64,000 bases of DNA from Candidatus Moraniibacteriota bacterium (GCA_029865125.1 JAOUHN010000002.1:713-64712); one strand, 5' to 3'. Positions 48,235-58,067 are shown, counted from the first letter of the stretch. A program made the numbers and translations. The notes: generated from the letters alone by a model not told the origin.

Positions 48235-48570
48235 ATGAAAAAAATAATTTTTCATTGGGTGATTTCAACTCTTGCTGTGATGGTGGCTGCATATGTTCTT
48301 CCTGGTGCCAGTGTAGATGGAATTTTGGTGGCCTTTGTTGTTGCTGTAGTTTTGGGAATCATCAATACATTCATCAAGCCGGTGGTCAGCATTTTGACAT
48401 TGCCGATCAGTGCACTCACTCTGGGAATTTTTTCTTTGGTGATCAATGCGTTGTTTGTGATGCTTGTGGACAGATTTGTGGAAGGCTTTCATGTAGCGGG
48501 ATTTTGGTGGGCTTTGATTTTCAGTGTGTTTGTTTCATTGATTAACTTTGTTCTTCACAACAAAGAATAA
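48235..48570 (+). CDS. phage-holin_4_2/YvlD-family 4-TM membrane protein
   Basis: Start moved to ATG 48235 (the ORF-track N-terminus is a repeat translation); LPGASVDG ... GIINTFIKPVVSILTLPISALTLGIF pattern. Confidence 0.6.
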   Translation: MKKIIFHWVISTLAVMVAAYVLPGASVDGILVAFVVAVVLGIINTFIKPVVSILTLPISALTLGIFSLVINALFVMLVDRFVEGFHVAGFWWALIFSVFVSLINFVLHNKE

Positions 48571-48666
48571 ATGCGTATTGATTTTTTCCCCGTAAGATTG
48601 AATTGATTTTTGTGTGAGTGAAATAATCTTTCAAAAAAACGGGTGTAAATCCGTTTTTAATTTGAT

Positions 48667-49278
48667 ATGAGAAATCAACCAAAAAAATACAAAAGAATAG
48701 CAAAGAAGATGAAAAATTTTGACAGCGGAATCAGAACGTCTGTTGTCGTTGCAATTTTGATTTCTCTGAATTTTGCAATTTTTGCACATATGTTTGGGAT
48801 GGATGTTTTGGAATTATTAAATCCAAAAAGATACACCGATAACTCTGCAAATGTTAATGCTACAATGATGGAAGAAAAAATAAGAGATATGACAAAAGGA
48901 TATCCTATTGAAGAAATGGCGCAATATATTTCCAGAGAAGATGAACAAGTAGCAGCTTTTTTGGTGAGTATTGCTAAAAAAGAGAGTAATTGGGGGAAAA
49001 GATCTCCAAAATTGAACGGGAAGGATTGCTATAATTATTGGGGATTTCGTCAAAAAAGAGAAAAGATGGGAACTGGCGGGCACACTTGTTTTGACAATCC
49101 AAGAGAAGCAGTGAAGGTGGTTGCAAATAGAATTGAAGAATTGATTGAAAATGGTGTGGATAATCCCGCAGACATGATTGTGTGGAAGTGTGGAAGTAGC
49201 TGTCAAACGCACAGTGAAGTGGCTGTCAAAAAATGGATTAATGATGTAGATCTATATTACAAACGTTTTTATAATTAG
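48667..49278 (+). CDS. membrane-anchored hypothetical protein (possible glycoside-hydrolase/SLT-like fold)
   Basis: N-terminal TM; AFLVSIAKKESNWG weakly resembles a lytic-transglycosylase catalytic Glu context. Confidence 0.35.
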   Translation: MRNQPKKYKRIAKKMKNFDSGIRTSVVVAILISLNFAIFAHMFGMDVLELLNPKRYTDNSANVNATMMEEKIRDMTKGYPIEEMAQYISREDEQVAAFLVSIAKKESNWGKRSPKLNGKDCYNYWGFRQKREKMGTGGHTCFDNPREAVKVVANRIEELIENGVDNPADMIVWKCGSSCQTHSEVAVKKWINDVDLYYKRFYN

Positions 49279-49401
49279 GAAAAATAAATATAAATCACCC
49301 TGAATTTTTTTTGGGGTGGTTTTTTGTTTGATTTTTTGTTAAAATTCATATTGAAGGACTATGTCTTTTCGAAAATAAAAATAAATTAGAAGCAAAAATA
49401 T

Positions 49402-50139
49402 ATGGATCTAAAAAAAGATAACGAAAACATAGATGAAAGTAGTGAGTTGTTGGAGGGGAATAATCCTGATGCAACTCAAGAAGATGCGATCTATGATGAC
49501 AATCCAGAAGAAAAATACACTAAAGAAAATGAAGGAGAAATTCCAGAAGAATATTCTCTCGAAGATGATTCTTTGAGGATCGTTGATTATAACAGAGGAA
49601 TGTCCATGGAGAAAAAAATAATGATTGCTGCCTCTATTTTTTTGGGTGTAGCTGTGATTGCAGTGGCTGTGTTTTTTGCAAATCAGAAGGGATTTTTCGA
49701 TAAGTATAAGAAGCAACCAGGAATGTCAATTACAGAGCTGGGAGTTGCAGTGAATGTGAATGATCAAAGTAATTCTGATTCTCAGAAAGAAAATGAATCC
49801 GAAGAGAAAATTGAGAACGAGAATCTTTCCAAAAATGACGAGAAATTTACTCCAAACAGAAATTTGGAAATTACTACTTTGAACGGTGGTGGAGGCGCTG
49901 GAACAGCTGGAAAGATGAAGACCTTTTTGCAAAAAGATGGATATGAAGATATCACTGCAAAAAATGCAAATGAATTTGATCATGAAGGTGTGGAAATATA
50001 TTATGCAGGTAATGATTTGAAAAAAGATGCTGAGGCAATAAAAAAGGTGATTGAAAAGTCATATGACAATGTATCTGTGGCGCTGGCTTCTTCAGGCGAT
50101 GAAAAACTTTCCGAGATAGTTGTTATTGTTGGAAAATAA
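49402..50139 (+). CDS. LytR_C (LytR/CpsA/Psr C-terminal) domain membrane protein
   Basis: Acidic N-terminus, TM, then LEITTLNGGGGAGTAGKMKTFLQKDGYEDITAKNANEF ... VIVGK. Confidence 0.5.
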   Translation: MDLKKDNENIDESSELLEGNNPDATQEDAIYDDNPEEKYTKENEGEIPEEYSLEDDSLRIVDYNRGMSMEKKIMIAASIFLGVAVIAVAVFFANQKGFFDKYKKQPGMSITELGVAVNVNDQSNSDSQKENESEEKIENENLSKNDEKFTPNRNLEITTLNGGGGAGTAGKMKTFLQKDGYEDITAKNANEFDHEGVEIYYAGNDLKKDAEAIKKVIEKSYDNVSVALASSGDEKLSEIVVIVGK

Positions 50140-50159
50140 TATTAAAAATAGAAAAATAA

Positions 50160-52847
50160 ATGACCAGCGAAAAGAGAGAGAAAGATTTTTACAACCTTTC
50201 TCCAGAAGAAACATTAAAAGAGTTGAATTCAAAGCAGGAGGGTTTGTCATCTGATGAATTGCAAGAAAGAATTGAGAAATTTGGAAAAAATGAATTGCCC
50301 CAAGGAAAAAAGAGATCGGCTCTGAAAATCTTTTTCAGACAATTGGCCAGCCCTTTGGTTGTCGTTGTTTTGATGGCGATGTTTTTTTCTTTTTTGATTG
50401 GACATGTTGCAGATGCGATGTTCATTGTGTTTGTCATTGTTGTGAACACAATTGTTGGTTTTGTACAGGAGGCAAAATCAGAAAAAGCGCTTGAGAAGTT
50501 GAACAAATCAGTGAGGTTTTATTGTAGAGTTTTTCGAGATGGACGAAAATTCAGAATTCAGAGTGAAGAGTTAGTGGTTGGAGATATTGTTGAGATTAGT
50601 TCCGGAGACAAAATTCCAGCGGATGGAAGATTGATCAAATGTTATGGGCTCAAGGTGAATGAAGCTGCATTGACAGGAGAATGGATGCCAATTGAAAAGG
50701 ACATTGAAATAATACACAAAAAATCCGGAGTTTCTGATAGGAAAAACATGGTTTTCATGGGATCTATTGTGGATGATGGACAAGGACTTTTTGTTGTCAC
50801 AAAAGTAGGAGTGAAAACGGAGCTTGGAAACATTTCAAAACTTGTTAGTGAAGAAAAAGATGTTAGAACTCCTCTTCAGAAAAAATTCTATGAACTTTCT
50901 CAAAAGATGTTAGTCCTGATTCTTTTGGCAGTTTTTGTTTTTGCAACAATATATGTTTTGCGCGGTGAATCTTTGTATAATGTTTTCATTACATCAATTG
51001 CGCTGGTTGTGAGCGCTGTTCCTGAGGGACTTTTACCTGCGATTACAATTGTTTTGGTTTTGGCAATGAGGAGATTGTCTCAAAAAAAAGCGCTGGTTCG
51101 AAAATTGGATGCTACAGAAGGAATGGGTTCAATTTCAGTGATATGCATGGACAAAACCGGAACACTCACGCTGGGAAAAATGAGAATCAGTCACATTATT
51201 ACAGGAACAGAGGAGCTTTTGAAAGAAGCAGGAGAACTGGATGAAATATATGATCCAAATTCCGCAAGAGCTCATTTGAAAGCTTTGGAAGTGGCGACAA
51301 TGGTCAATGAGGCGTATATTGAAAATCCTGACGATGAAATATCAGAATATATCATCAGAGGAAGACACACTGACAAGGCTCTTCTTTTGGCAGGGATTAA
51401 CGCAGGGATTATTCGAGAGAAGCTGGAGAGAAGATATCCAGTAATCCAAAATATTCCGTTCAATTCACTTAACAAATTTGCAGTCAAAGTGTGTCAATAT
51501 GATGGGGGAGTTGTTGTGTATGCACTTGGATCACCTGAGGCAATCATTGAAAAATCGAAAAATATTAGCGTGGATGAAAAAGGTGAAGAGGAAATTTCTT
51601 CAGAAAATGCTCAAAGACTATTTCAGAGAGTGGATGAGTTATCCAATCAAGGATTGAGACTTCTTTCTTGCGCTTGGAAAAAAATGAGCGTTGAAGAATA
51701 TGAAAAGATTAAGGATAATCAAATTGCGTTGACAACCAATCTAGATTTGATTGGATTTATTGCATTGAAAGATCCTCTCAGAAAAGACGCCAAAGAGTCT
51801 GTTGAAAAAGCGCAACGAGCTGGGATTAGGCCGATTTTGATTACAGGAGATCACAAAAACACTGCCAAGGCGATCATCAGCGAACTCGGGATTAAAGTTA
51901 GCGATAAGGAAATCTTGGAAGGAAAAGATTTGGATGAAATGGATGATCAAGCGCTTTTGCGTAAAGTGAAAACGGTTTCAATTTTTGCCAGAGTTGTTCC
52001 TGAGCACAAAATCAGAATCGTCAAAGCACTGCAAGGAAATGGAGAGGTTGTGGCAATGGTTGGAGATGGAGTGAATGACGCTCCTGCTCTCAAAGCCGCT
52101 GACATCGGAGTTTCTGTTGAAAATGGAACGGACATTGCCAAAGAAGTTTCCGACATCGTTTTGTTGGATGACAATTTTTCTGTCATCATCAAAGCAATTG
52201 AGCAAGGACGACTTGCAAAAGATAACATCAGAAGAATCATTGTGTATCTTTTGGCGGATGATTTTTCAGAGCTATTTCTGTTCTTTGCGGCGGTCATTTT
52301 GGGAATGCCTTTCCCGTTGTATCCAGCTCAGATTTTGTGGATCAATCTGGTTGAAGATGGATTTCCTGATATGGCACTGACAACAGAGAGTGACACAAGT
52401 GGCATCATGGACAGAAAACCAGAGAATCCAAAAGACCCGCTCCTGAGTCGATCATATAAGAAGTTTATGTTTTTAGTCTTTTTGATTTCAGGTTTGTCTG
52501 CATGCGCAATATTTTGCTACATCGGAAGTTATTTGGGTGACATAGAAAAAGCCAGAACAATGACGTTTGCGTTGATTGCTTTTGATTCGTTGTTGTTTGC
52601 ATATGTTGTCAAATCTTTTCGAAAATCGTTTTTTTCCAAGGAAAATTTTTCAAACAAAGTTTTGAATTGGGCAATTTTGGCTTCAATTTTGATGCTTCTT
52701 TTGGGAATGTATGTTCCATTTTTCCAAGGATTTTTGAGAGTTCAAAACATCGAAATATATGACTGGGCAATCATCATTGGAATCACGATTGTTGAGACAA
52801 TTATTTTTGATTTCTACAAGATGAGATTGTTCGGAAGGGATAAATAG
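50160..52847 (+). CDS. cation-translocating P-type ATPase (type II, Ca2+/Mg2+)
   Basis: CMDKTGTLT phosphorylation site, TGDHKNTA, GDGVNDAPALK, 10 TM. Confidence 0.9.
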   Translation: MTSEKREKDFYNLSPEETLKELNSKQEGLSSDELQERIEKFGKNELPQGKKRSALKIFFRQLASPLVVVVLMAMFFSFLIGHVADAMFIVFVIVVNTIVGFVQEAKSEKALEKLNKSVRFYCRVFRDGRKFRIQSEELVVGDIVEISSGDKIPADGRLIKCYGLKVNEAALTGEWMPIEKDIEIIHKKSGVSDRKNMVFMGSIVDDGQGLFVVTKVGVKTELGNISKLVSEEKDVRTPLQKKFYELSQKMLVLILLAVFVFATIYVLRGESLYNVFITSIALVVSAVPEGLLPAITIVLVLAMRRLSQKKALVRKLDATEGMGSISVICMDKTGTLTLGKMRISHIITGTEELLKEAGELDEIYDPNSARAHLKALEVATMVNEAYIENPDDEISEYIIRGRHTDKALLLAGINAGIIREKLERRYPVIQNIPFNSLNKFAVKVCQYDGGVVVYALGSPEAIIEKSKNISVDEKGEEEISSENAQRLFQRVDELSNQGLRLLSCAWKKMSVEEYEKIKDNQIALTTNLDLIGFIALKDPLRKDAKESVEKAQRAGIRPILITGDHKNTAKAIISELGIKVSDKEILEGKDLDEMDDQALLRKVKTVSIFARVVPEHKIRIVKALQGNGEVVAMVGDGVNDAPALKAADIGVSVENGTDIAKEVSDIVLLDDNFSVIIKAIEQGRLAKDNIRRIIVYLLADDFSELFLFFAAVILGMPFPLYPAQILWINLVEDGFPDMALTTESDTSGIMDRKPENPKDPLLSRSYKKFMFLVFLISGLSACAIFCYIGSYLGDIEKARTMTFALIAFDSLLFAYVVKSFRKSFFSKENFSNKVLNWAILASILMLLLGMYVPFFQGFLRVQNIEIYDWAIIIGITIVETIIFDFYKMRLFGRDK

Positions 52848-52931
52848 GTTTTTTGGAAAACATCTTCGCTTTTCGCTTTTCAGCTTTAGACTGATACGCC
52901 TTGAGCGGATAACTTTCGGCTTATGGGCCTA

Positions 52932-52960
52932 TTGACGATAAGATATTTTGTTGCTAATAT
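52932..52960 (+). promoter_or_regulatory. sigma-70-like promoter upstream of tRNA cluster
   Basis: ttgacg (52932-52937), 17-nt spacer, taatat (52955-52960). Confidence 0.4.
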
Positions 52961-53011
52961 ATATCATGTTTTGACATGAGGTCAAAGCTTGTTTGTATTT
53001 ACGCTAAAAAT

Positions 53012-53115
53012 GCTCCGTTAGCTCAGGCAGGTAGAGTCGTTGCCTCTTAAGCAAACGGTCGTAGGTTCGCCCCAGCATGCGCAGGGCGTCCGGCGAATGC
53101 CCGGACGAATCCTAC
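53012..53115 (+). pseudogene. 5' fragment of a tRNA-Lys(CTT) paralog with 38-nt GC-rich insertion in the T-loop and no 3' acceptor strand
   Basis: gctccgttagctcaggcaggtagagtcGTTGCCTCTTAAGCAAACGGTCGTAGGTTCG-[ccccagcatgcgcagggcgtccggcgaatgcccggacg]-AATCCTAC; the anticodon and T arms are identical to the intact copy downstream. Confidence 0.5.
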
Positions 53116-53139
53116 ACAAAAAATAAAATAGAATAGTAA

Positions 53140-53212
53140 GCATCCATAGCTCAGTCGGTAGAGCAGTTGCCTCTTAAGCAAACGGTCGTAGGTTCGAATC
53201 CTACTGGGTGCA
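53140..53212 (+). tRNA. tRNA-Lys (anticodon CTT)
   Basis: Manual cloverleaf: acceptor GCATCCA/TGGGTGC, D arm GCTC-AGTCGGTA-GAGC, anticodon loop CTCTTAA, T arm GTAGG-TTCGAAT-CCTAC, discriminator A. Confidence 0.85.
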
Positions 53213-53262
53213 CAAATGAGATTTGAGATGATAGATTTGAGATAGAGATAGGAAAGAAATAT

Positions 53263-53334
53263 GCCCCCATAGCTCAACGGATAGAGCAACAGCCTTCTAA
53301 GCTGAAGATCTAGGTTCGATTCCTGGTGGGGGTA
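53263..53334 (+). tRNA. tRNA-Arg (anticodon TCT)
   Basis: Acceptor GCCCCCA/TGGGGGT, D arm GCTC-AACGGATA-GAGC, anticodon loop CTTCTAA, T arm CTAGG-TTCGATT-CCTGG. Confidence 0.8.
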
Positions 53335-53478
53335 CATTGTTAAATTAAAAATCAAAAATTGAAAATCAAAAGTTTGGAATGCAGAAATGCAAGGTGAAAG
53401 TTTGTGAAGTCTGTGAAGTCCATAAAGTCCATAAAGTAAAAAGTCTGTAAAGTCTAAAGAAAAAATCAAAAAAACACT

Positions 53479-53523
53479 GTCATCCTGAACAATAGTGAAG
53501 GATCCCAGAATAAAAGCACTGAT
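53479..53523. mobile_element. solo left arm of MITE family A
   Basis: gtcatcctgaacaatagtgaaggatcccagaataaaagcac. Confidence 0.55.
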
Positions 53524-53751
53524 TAGATTTGAGAAAGAGATTTGAGAAGCGCAATACCAAGTTTTTAGAATATTAAAAAACCACTCCGGAAGGGTGGTTT
53601 TTTGATAGCATTATTGTTATAGTGGAATAGAAATAATTCCCAGGACCGTCCTAGTTAAATCCGTCCTAGTTAAATATTTTCTAGCTATTTTTTGACTATC
53701 TGTATTTTTAGAGATAAACTTTAGCTATAGATAAAAAGTATTTGAATTTTT

Positions 53752-54528
53752 ATGAAACAAATTTCAGCACCAGTTGCGTGGGCAATTATTATCGGCACAA
53801 CCTTGGTAATTGCGGGTATTATTTTGGTTGAAAATAAAAAATTTAGTTATTCAAGTTTTGTTTCTGATGGATATTTGGAGAATCAAGATGAGGGATTGGT
53901 TGAATATTTGGAGAATCAAAATGAGGGATTGGTTGAATACTCAGATAAGAGGAGTGAAGAAATAAATAGAAGTTCAAATGGGAAAAATGAGAGATTAAGA
54001 GAATGTGGTTTAGTAAAAAAAATATGTTCCAATGGAACAGTTTTTGAAGAGGTTAATGAGGATTGTGAGTTTCCAGAATGTCCAAATGAGAAAATACCAA
54101 ATTGGGAAGAGTGGTATGTTGTGGGTTCTGGAAAGATGAAATTTACATTTAAGACTCCTAGTGGATGGAGGTGCTTTGAGGAGGATGTTTTTCATGAAAC
54201 AAACTGTGATGCTAATGCCTCAGGTCATCCATCTGGAAAGGATGCGATAATTCATTATCGCGGAGTAAGCATTGACAGGAGACTTAAGGAGATAGAAGAC
54301 AGCGAGACGAAGAAGTATGAAGAATTGAAAAAAATAAAAATAGGAAATTATAACGCTTATAGTTTCATAGAGGTGTATACTAAAAGTGGTGAAAGAAATT
54401 ATTATGTTTTAGTGGATTTTGATGATGGATATGTAAGTTTTCATCTTGTTAAAAAATCTTCAGGGGAAGAGTTGAGCGAGGAGGAAAAAACTATCATTTC
54501 TTCTCTTAATAAAGAATATAAAAGATAA
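53752..54528 (+). CDS. hypothetical membrane-anchored protein with internal 11-aa tandem repeat
   Basis: N-terminal TM; YLENQDEGLVEY / LENQNEGLVEY; Cys-containing C-terminal domain; flanked by twin hairpins. Confidence 0.45.
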   Translation: MKQISAPVAWAIIIGTTLVIAGIILVENKKFSYSSFVSDGYLENQDEGLVEYLENQNEGLVEYSDKRSEEINRSSNGKNERLRECGLVKKICSNGTVFEEVNEDCEFPECPNEKIPNWEEWYVVGSGKMKFTFKTPSGWRCFEEDVFHETNCDANASGHPSGKDAIIHYRGVSIDRRLKEIEDSETKKYEELKKIKIGNYNAYSFIEVYTKSGERNYYVLVDFDDGYVSFHLVKKSSGEELSEEEKTIISSLNKEYKR

Positions 54529-54615
54529 TTTAAATATGTTTTTCTGAATATCAAAACCATCCGGAAGGGTGGTTTTTGTGTTAAAATAGAAGTGGTAATT
54601 TTTTGGTGAAAAAGT

Positions 54616-55590
54616 TTGATGAAAAAAATTGTTTCGATCGTTTCCTTTTTTATTGTTTTAATTTCAGTCTTTGTTTTTGTCTTCACTTTCAGAGTGAAAT
54701 TGACAGGTGTTTTTGGTTTGAAAGAAAGTGGACTGCAAGAAATTCAAGAAGTTGCTCCCAGGAAGGCGAGTGTTTTGTTTGTGGGTGACATGATGTTTGA
54801 CCGCTGGATCAGACAGGTAACAGAAAGGAAGGGGATTGATTTTGTGCTTGGTGGAGTGGACCGAGTTCTTGAGAAAAATGACTTGGTTGTGGGAAATTTG
54901 GAGGGTCCAATCACGGGGAATGAGTCAGTGAGTGTGGGGACGGAGTTTGGTTCCAGGGAGAATTACATCTTCACTTTTCCTCCGGAAACCGCAAGCAATT
55001 TGCAAAAGAAAAACATTCGATTGGTGAGTCTTGGAAACAATCACATTTGGAATTTCGGAACTGACGGATTGGCGGAAACAAAAAAACATTTGAGTAATGC
55101 TGGAGTGGAATTTTTTGGAGACACTGGGGAAGATGGAGAGAGATTTGTTGTGAGGGAAATCAATGGAATCAAAATCGCTTTTGTGAATTTCAATCAGTTT
55201 GCCAGAAAGGGGAGAGAGAATGTGATGGGTGATTTGGAGGCTGTGAAGAGTCTCAAACCTGATTTTGTGGTCGTGTATGCTCATTGGGGGAAGGAATATG
55301 AAGGAAGGCCGGAGGAAGAGACTGTGGCGCTTGCACGCGCGTTTGTGGATGACGGAGCGGACGCTGTCATTGGTTCTCATCCTCATGTTGTTCAAACCAA
55401 GGAGGAATACAAAGAAAAAATGATCTATTATTCTCTGGGCAATTTTGTTTTTGACCAATATTTTGAAGACGAAACACAGCGAGGAATGATTGTGGAAGTT
55501 GAATTTGATTCAAGTGGGAAATTGAATTTTCAGGAGCATGACACAGAAATGGGGCCCAGTGGGCAGACAAGTTTGTTGTATCGGCTCTAG
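54616..55590 (+). CDS. CapA/PgsA-family metallophosphatase (PGA_cap)
   Basis: VLFVGDMMFDRWI ... SLGNNHIWNFG ... GSHPHVVQ. Confidence 0.75.
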   Translation: MMKKIVSIVSFFIVLISVFVFVFTFRVKLTGVFGLKESGLQEIQEVAPRKASVLFVGDMMFDRWIRQVTERKGIDFVLGGVDRVLEKNDLVVGNLEGPITGNESVSVGTEFGSRENYIFTFPPETASNLQKKNIRLVSLGNNHIWNFGTDGLAETKKHLSNAGVEFFGDTGEDGERFVVREINGIKIAFVNFNQFARKGRENVMGDLEAVKSLKPDFVVVYAHWGKEYEGRPEEETVALARAFVDDGADAVIGSHPHVVQTKEEYKEKMIYYSLGNFVFDQYFEDETQRGMIVEVEFDSSGKLNFQEHDTEMGPSGQTSLLYRL

Positions 55591-55631
55591 GTCATGGTAT
55601 AATGTGAATATTAGCACTGAGTAGATTTGAT

Positions 55632-55723
55632 GTCATTCTGATCCGCCAGTAGGCGGAGAAGAATCCCCGAATAAAGGGCACGAGTGTTGAATTACGAGAT
55701 CCTTCACTTCGTTCAGGATGACA
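55632..55723. mobile_element. MITE family A variant copy
   Basis: gtcattctgatccgccagtaggcggagaagaatccc...gatccttcacttcgttcaggatgaca. Confidence 0.7.
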
Positions 55724-55771
55724 TAGTAGTAGCTGGTTTGCGCAAAATTAATTAGACGTAATATAAATAAT

Positions 55772-56326
55772 ATGAAGATAGCGGTAATTTCAGACATTCA
55801 TGATAATTTCCACAATATGGTTTGTGCTGTTGAGGAGATTGAGAAGAGAGATGTTGAATATGTTTTGTGTTTGGGTGATTTGGTGGCCAACGGGATTGCG
55901 AAAATTTTGGCGAAATTGAATGTTCCTGTGCTTTTGATTTGGGGGAACAATATTGGAGACAAGGTTCAAGTCATGAACACTGCTTTTGAAAGCAAAGGAA
56001 AGTTGACTGTCAGTGAAAAAACATATGACTCAATTGAACTTGGTGGAAGAAAATTGTTTCTTTCACACTACCCTGACTTGGCGAATCCAATTGCTGCTTC
56101 TGGTGAATTTGACGCTGTGTTTTTTGGACACACTCACAAGAAATCTCAAGAAAAATTGGGAGATTGTTTGGTTCTCAATCCTGGAGAAATCGGGACTATG
56201 GTTGTTTCCGAAGCGAGTTTTGCGGTGTATGACACAAAAACAAATGAAGCGGAGTTCGTTGTTCTTGATGACACCGTGGTTATTCGAACTGACAAGGTTG
56301 AAGAGTACATGAAAAATATTTTCTAG
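55772..56326 (+). CDS. YfcE-like metallophosphoesterase
   Basis: MKIAVISDIHDN ... CLGDLV ... GHTHK. Confidence 0.8.
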   Translation: MKIAVISDIHDNFHNMVCAVEEIEKRDVEYVLCLGDLVANGIAKILAKLNVPVLLIWGNNIGDKVQVMNTAFESKGKLTVSEKTYDSIELGGRKLFLSHYPDLANPIAASGEFDAVFFGHTHKKSQEKLGDCLVLNPGEIGTMVVSEASFAVYDTKTNEAEFVVLDDTVVIRTDKVEEYMKNIF

Positions 56327-56416
56327 GCACTTTGCTAGAGCAAAAATCCTTATGTAGATAACTAGGGATTTTTGTTTTGGCAGAACCTATAACCTTGAGA
56401 AAGAGGAGGCGCTTAA

Positions 56417-56746
56417 ATGTTTTTCAAAATAGTTCTTTCGATTTTAGCAATCACTTTCTTGCTTGCTTGTCTGTTATTCTTGTGGGTTTTGCGCAAAGAT
56501 TTGTGCGACAGGATATATTCCGGGCTGTGCAACCTATTTGGAAGTAGAATTGATAACATCGATTCTAATATTGAGTATAGTCCACAAAGATTACTTTGCG
56601 CGTCTGCAGATAAGTCACCGGAATATGTAAATCTAGTGGAGTTACATGAGGAGTATGTAATATTAAGCAAGAAGAGATTTCTTCTGAGTTTAGGAGGAAT
56701 TAAGTCACTCCACAAGAAAGTTGAAGATGAAGTGATCAAACTCTAG
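56417..56746 (+). CDS. hypothetical small membrane protein
   Basis: AGGAGG RBS 8 nt upstream, N-terminal TM; the overlapping minus ORF was rejected. Confidence 0.4.
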   Translation: MFFKIVLSILAITFLLACLLFLWVLRKDLCDRIYSGLCNLFGSRIDNIDSNIEYSPQRLLCASADKSPEYVNLVELHEEYVILSKKRFLLSLGGIKSLHKKVEDEVIKL

Positions 56747-56795
56747 TCATTCAGATGAAAAAAACGGGACGCCCCTGCGTGGGTGCCCCGATTTT

Positions 56796-58067
56796 TTATA
56801 CTCCGTGTGCTTTTTTGTAGTCTTTCCATTCTCCATTTGACCAGTTTTTTGGTTTTTCTGTGAGAACAACTTCTTGACCTGGTTGAGGATAGTTGTTGGG
56901 TGAATCGTAACTGCTCTTGAAAACATCGCTCAATATGGTGATATTGTTCGAATCATATACGGTTTGCGTGAACACTGTTTCCATTGATCCATCACTTTCT
57001 CGTGAAGTGATGTGTGGTCCATCAACATCAACTCTGCGACCATTTTTTGTGCCATAGAATCTGAAGACGAGTTCTCTTGCAGGGATGTTAATTTCATATT
57101 GAATCAAGATATGATTGCCGGTATTATTGATGAATTTGAGGTCAGGTTTGGGAACATATACAGTAGAATCCATTCCTTGAGGATCGTAGTAGTGAACGGG
57201 ATAGGCATGATTTCTTCTGGCTGTGATTTCGAGTCCGCTATAGATTGCAGCTCGAAAAACAGTGGTTGAAACCTGGCAAACTCCTCCTCCATAATCAAGT
57301 TCTGTTTTGTTTTTCTTGATGACTAGTTCTTGCTTGTATCCATTCTCTCCGTCTACTGGTCCAAGATGCTCCACAAATGAAAATTCTTCTCCTGGCTTGA
57401 TAATGAGTCCATTGAATTTGTTGGAGGCTACTTGAATGTTGAATATTCTGTTGTTTGTTGATCCACTGAAATTTGATCTCCCTTCACCAATGAGCTCCAC
57501 TATTCCCATTTTGTTCACGTCACTTGATTTGATTTCCGGAGATAGTATTTCATAGGGAAGTTCAATTTCGTTTCGGTCAAAATCTTGATTTTGGATGAGA
57601 GTCATTATTTTTTCTTTGCTTTTCTCAAGATCTATTCCCATCCCATCTTTTTCTATTGAAAAAGCAGCAGCCTGACCTTCTTTGATGGAAAAGCTGGCAT
57701 TCACCGGTTCTATGTTGATCTCTTCGGACAAATTTTCCAAAAAAGAAACAATAATTTCCTCATCTGGAGATGATTGCTGAATCTTTTTGGTGTGAAACCC
57801 ATCAACAGTTCTGCTCAAAAGCGAACACAGAATCAGAGTTGTGTCACAATGTGAGATGTTTTCAATTTTTGATTTGTAGTTCTTTTGATGTTCAAGCGTA
57901 GGATTATATTTTGTCCATTTGTTGAATTCATCTTTGTGAATTATTTTTTCCTGATCTTTGATTTTCAATTTCAATTCTTCGAGATTGGAGAAAGCAAAAA
58001 CAGGGCTATTGAAAAATAGCGTTATTGCAAGGGTAATGATTAATAATATTAGTCTTTTTTTTAACAT
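56796..58067 (-). CDS. VanW-family protein
   Basis: GGGVCQVSTTVFRAAIYSGLEITARRNHAYPVHYY VanW signature. ATG 58067 chosen (signal peptide MLKKRLILLIITLAITLFFNSPVFA); the ORF-track start is an upstream TTG. Confidence 0.75.
   Translation of the reverse strand: MLKKRLILLIITLAITLFFNSPVFAFSNLEELKLKIKDQEKIIHKDEFNKWTKYNPTLEHQKNYKSKIENISHCDTTLILCSLLSRTVDGFHTKKIQQSSPDEEIIVSFLENLSEEINIEPVNASFSIKEGQAAAFSIEKDGMGIDLEKSKEKIMTLIQNQDFDRNEIELPYEILSPEIKSSDVNKMGIVELIGEGRSNFSGSTNNRIFNIQVASNKFNGLIIKPGEEFSFVEHLGPVDGENGYKQELVIKKNKTELDYGGGVCQVSTTVFRAAIYSGLEITARRNHAYPVHYYDPQGMDSTVYVPKPDLKFINNTGNHILIQYEINIPARELVFRFYGTKNGRRVDVDGPHITSRESDGSMETVFTQTVYDSNNITILSDVFKSSYDSPNNYPQPGQEVVLTEKPKNWSNGEWKDYKKAHGV

Noticed and set aside
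53047-53469. 140-aa minus-strand ORF
   Set aside because: Overlaps the two tRNA genes and the tRNA fragment on the opposite strand. Spurious.
56413-56739. 108-aa minus-strand ORF overlapping 56417-56746 (+)
   Set aside because: The + strand ORF has a consensus AGGAGG RBS and an N-terminal TM. The minus ORF has neither.
56760-56798. Intrinsic terminator between 56417-56746 (+) and the VanW gene (-)
   Set aside because: A GC-rich core is flanked by an A-run and a T-run (gaaaaaaacgggacgcccctgcgtgggtgccccgattttttata), but I could not draw a convincing perfect stem. Kept only as a weak possibility.
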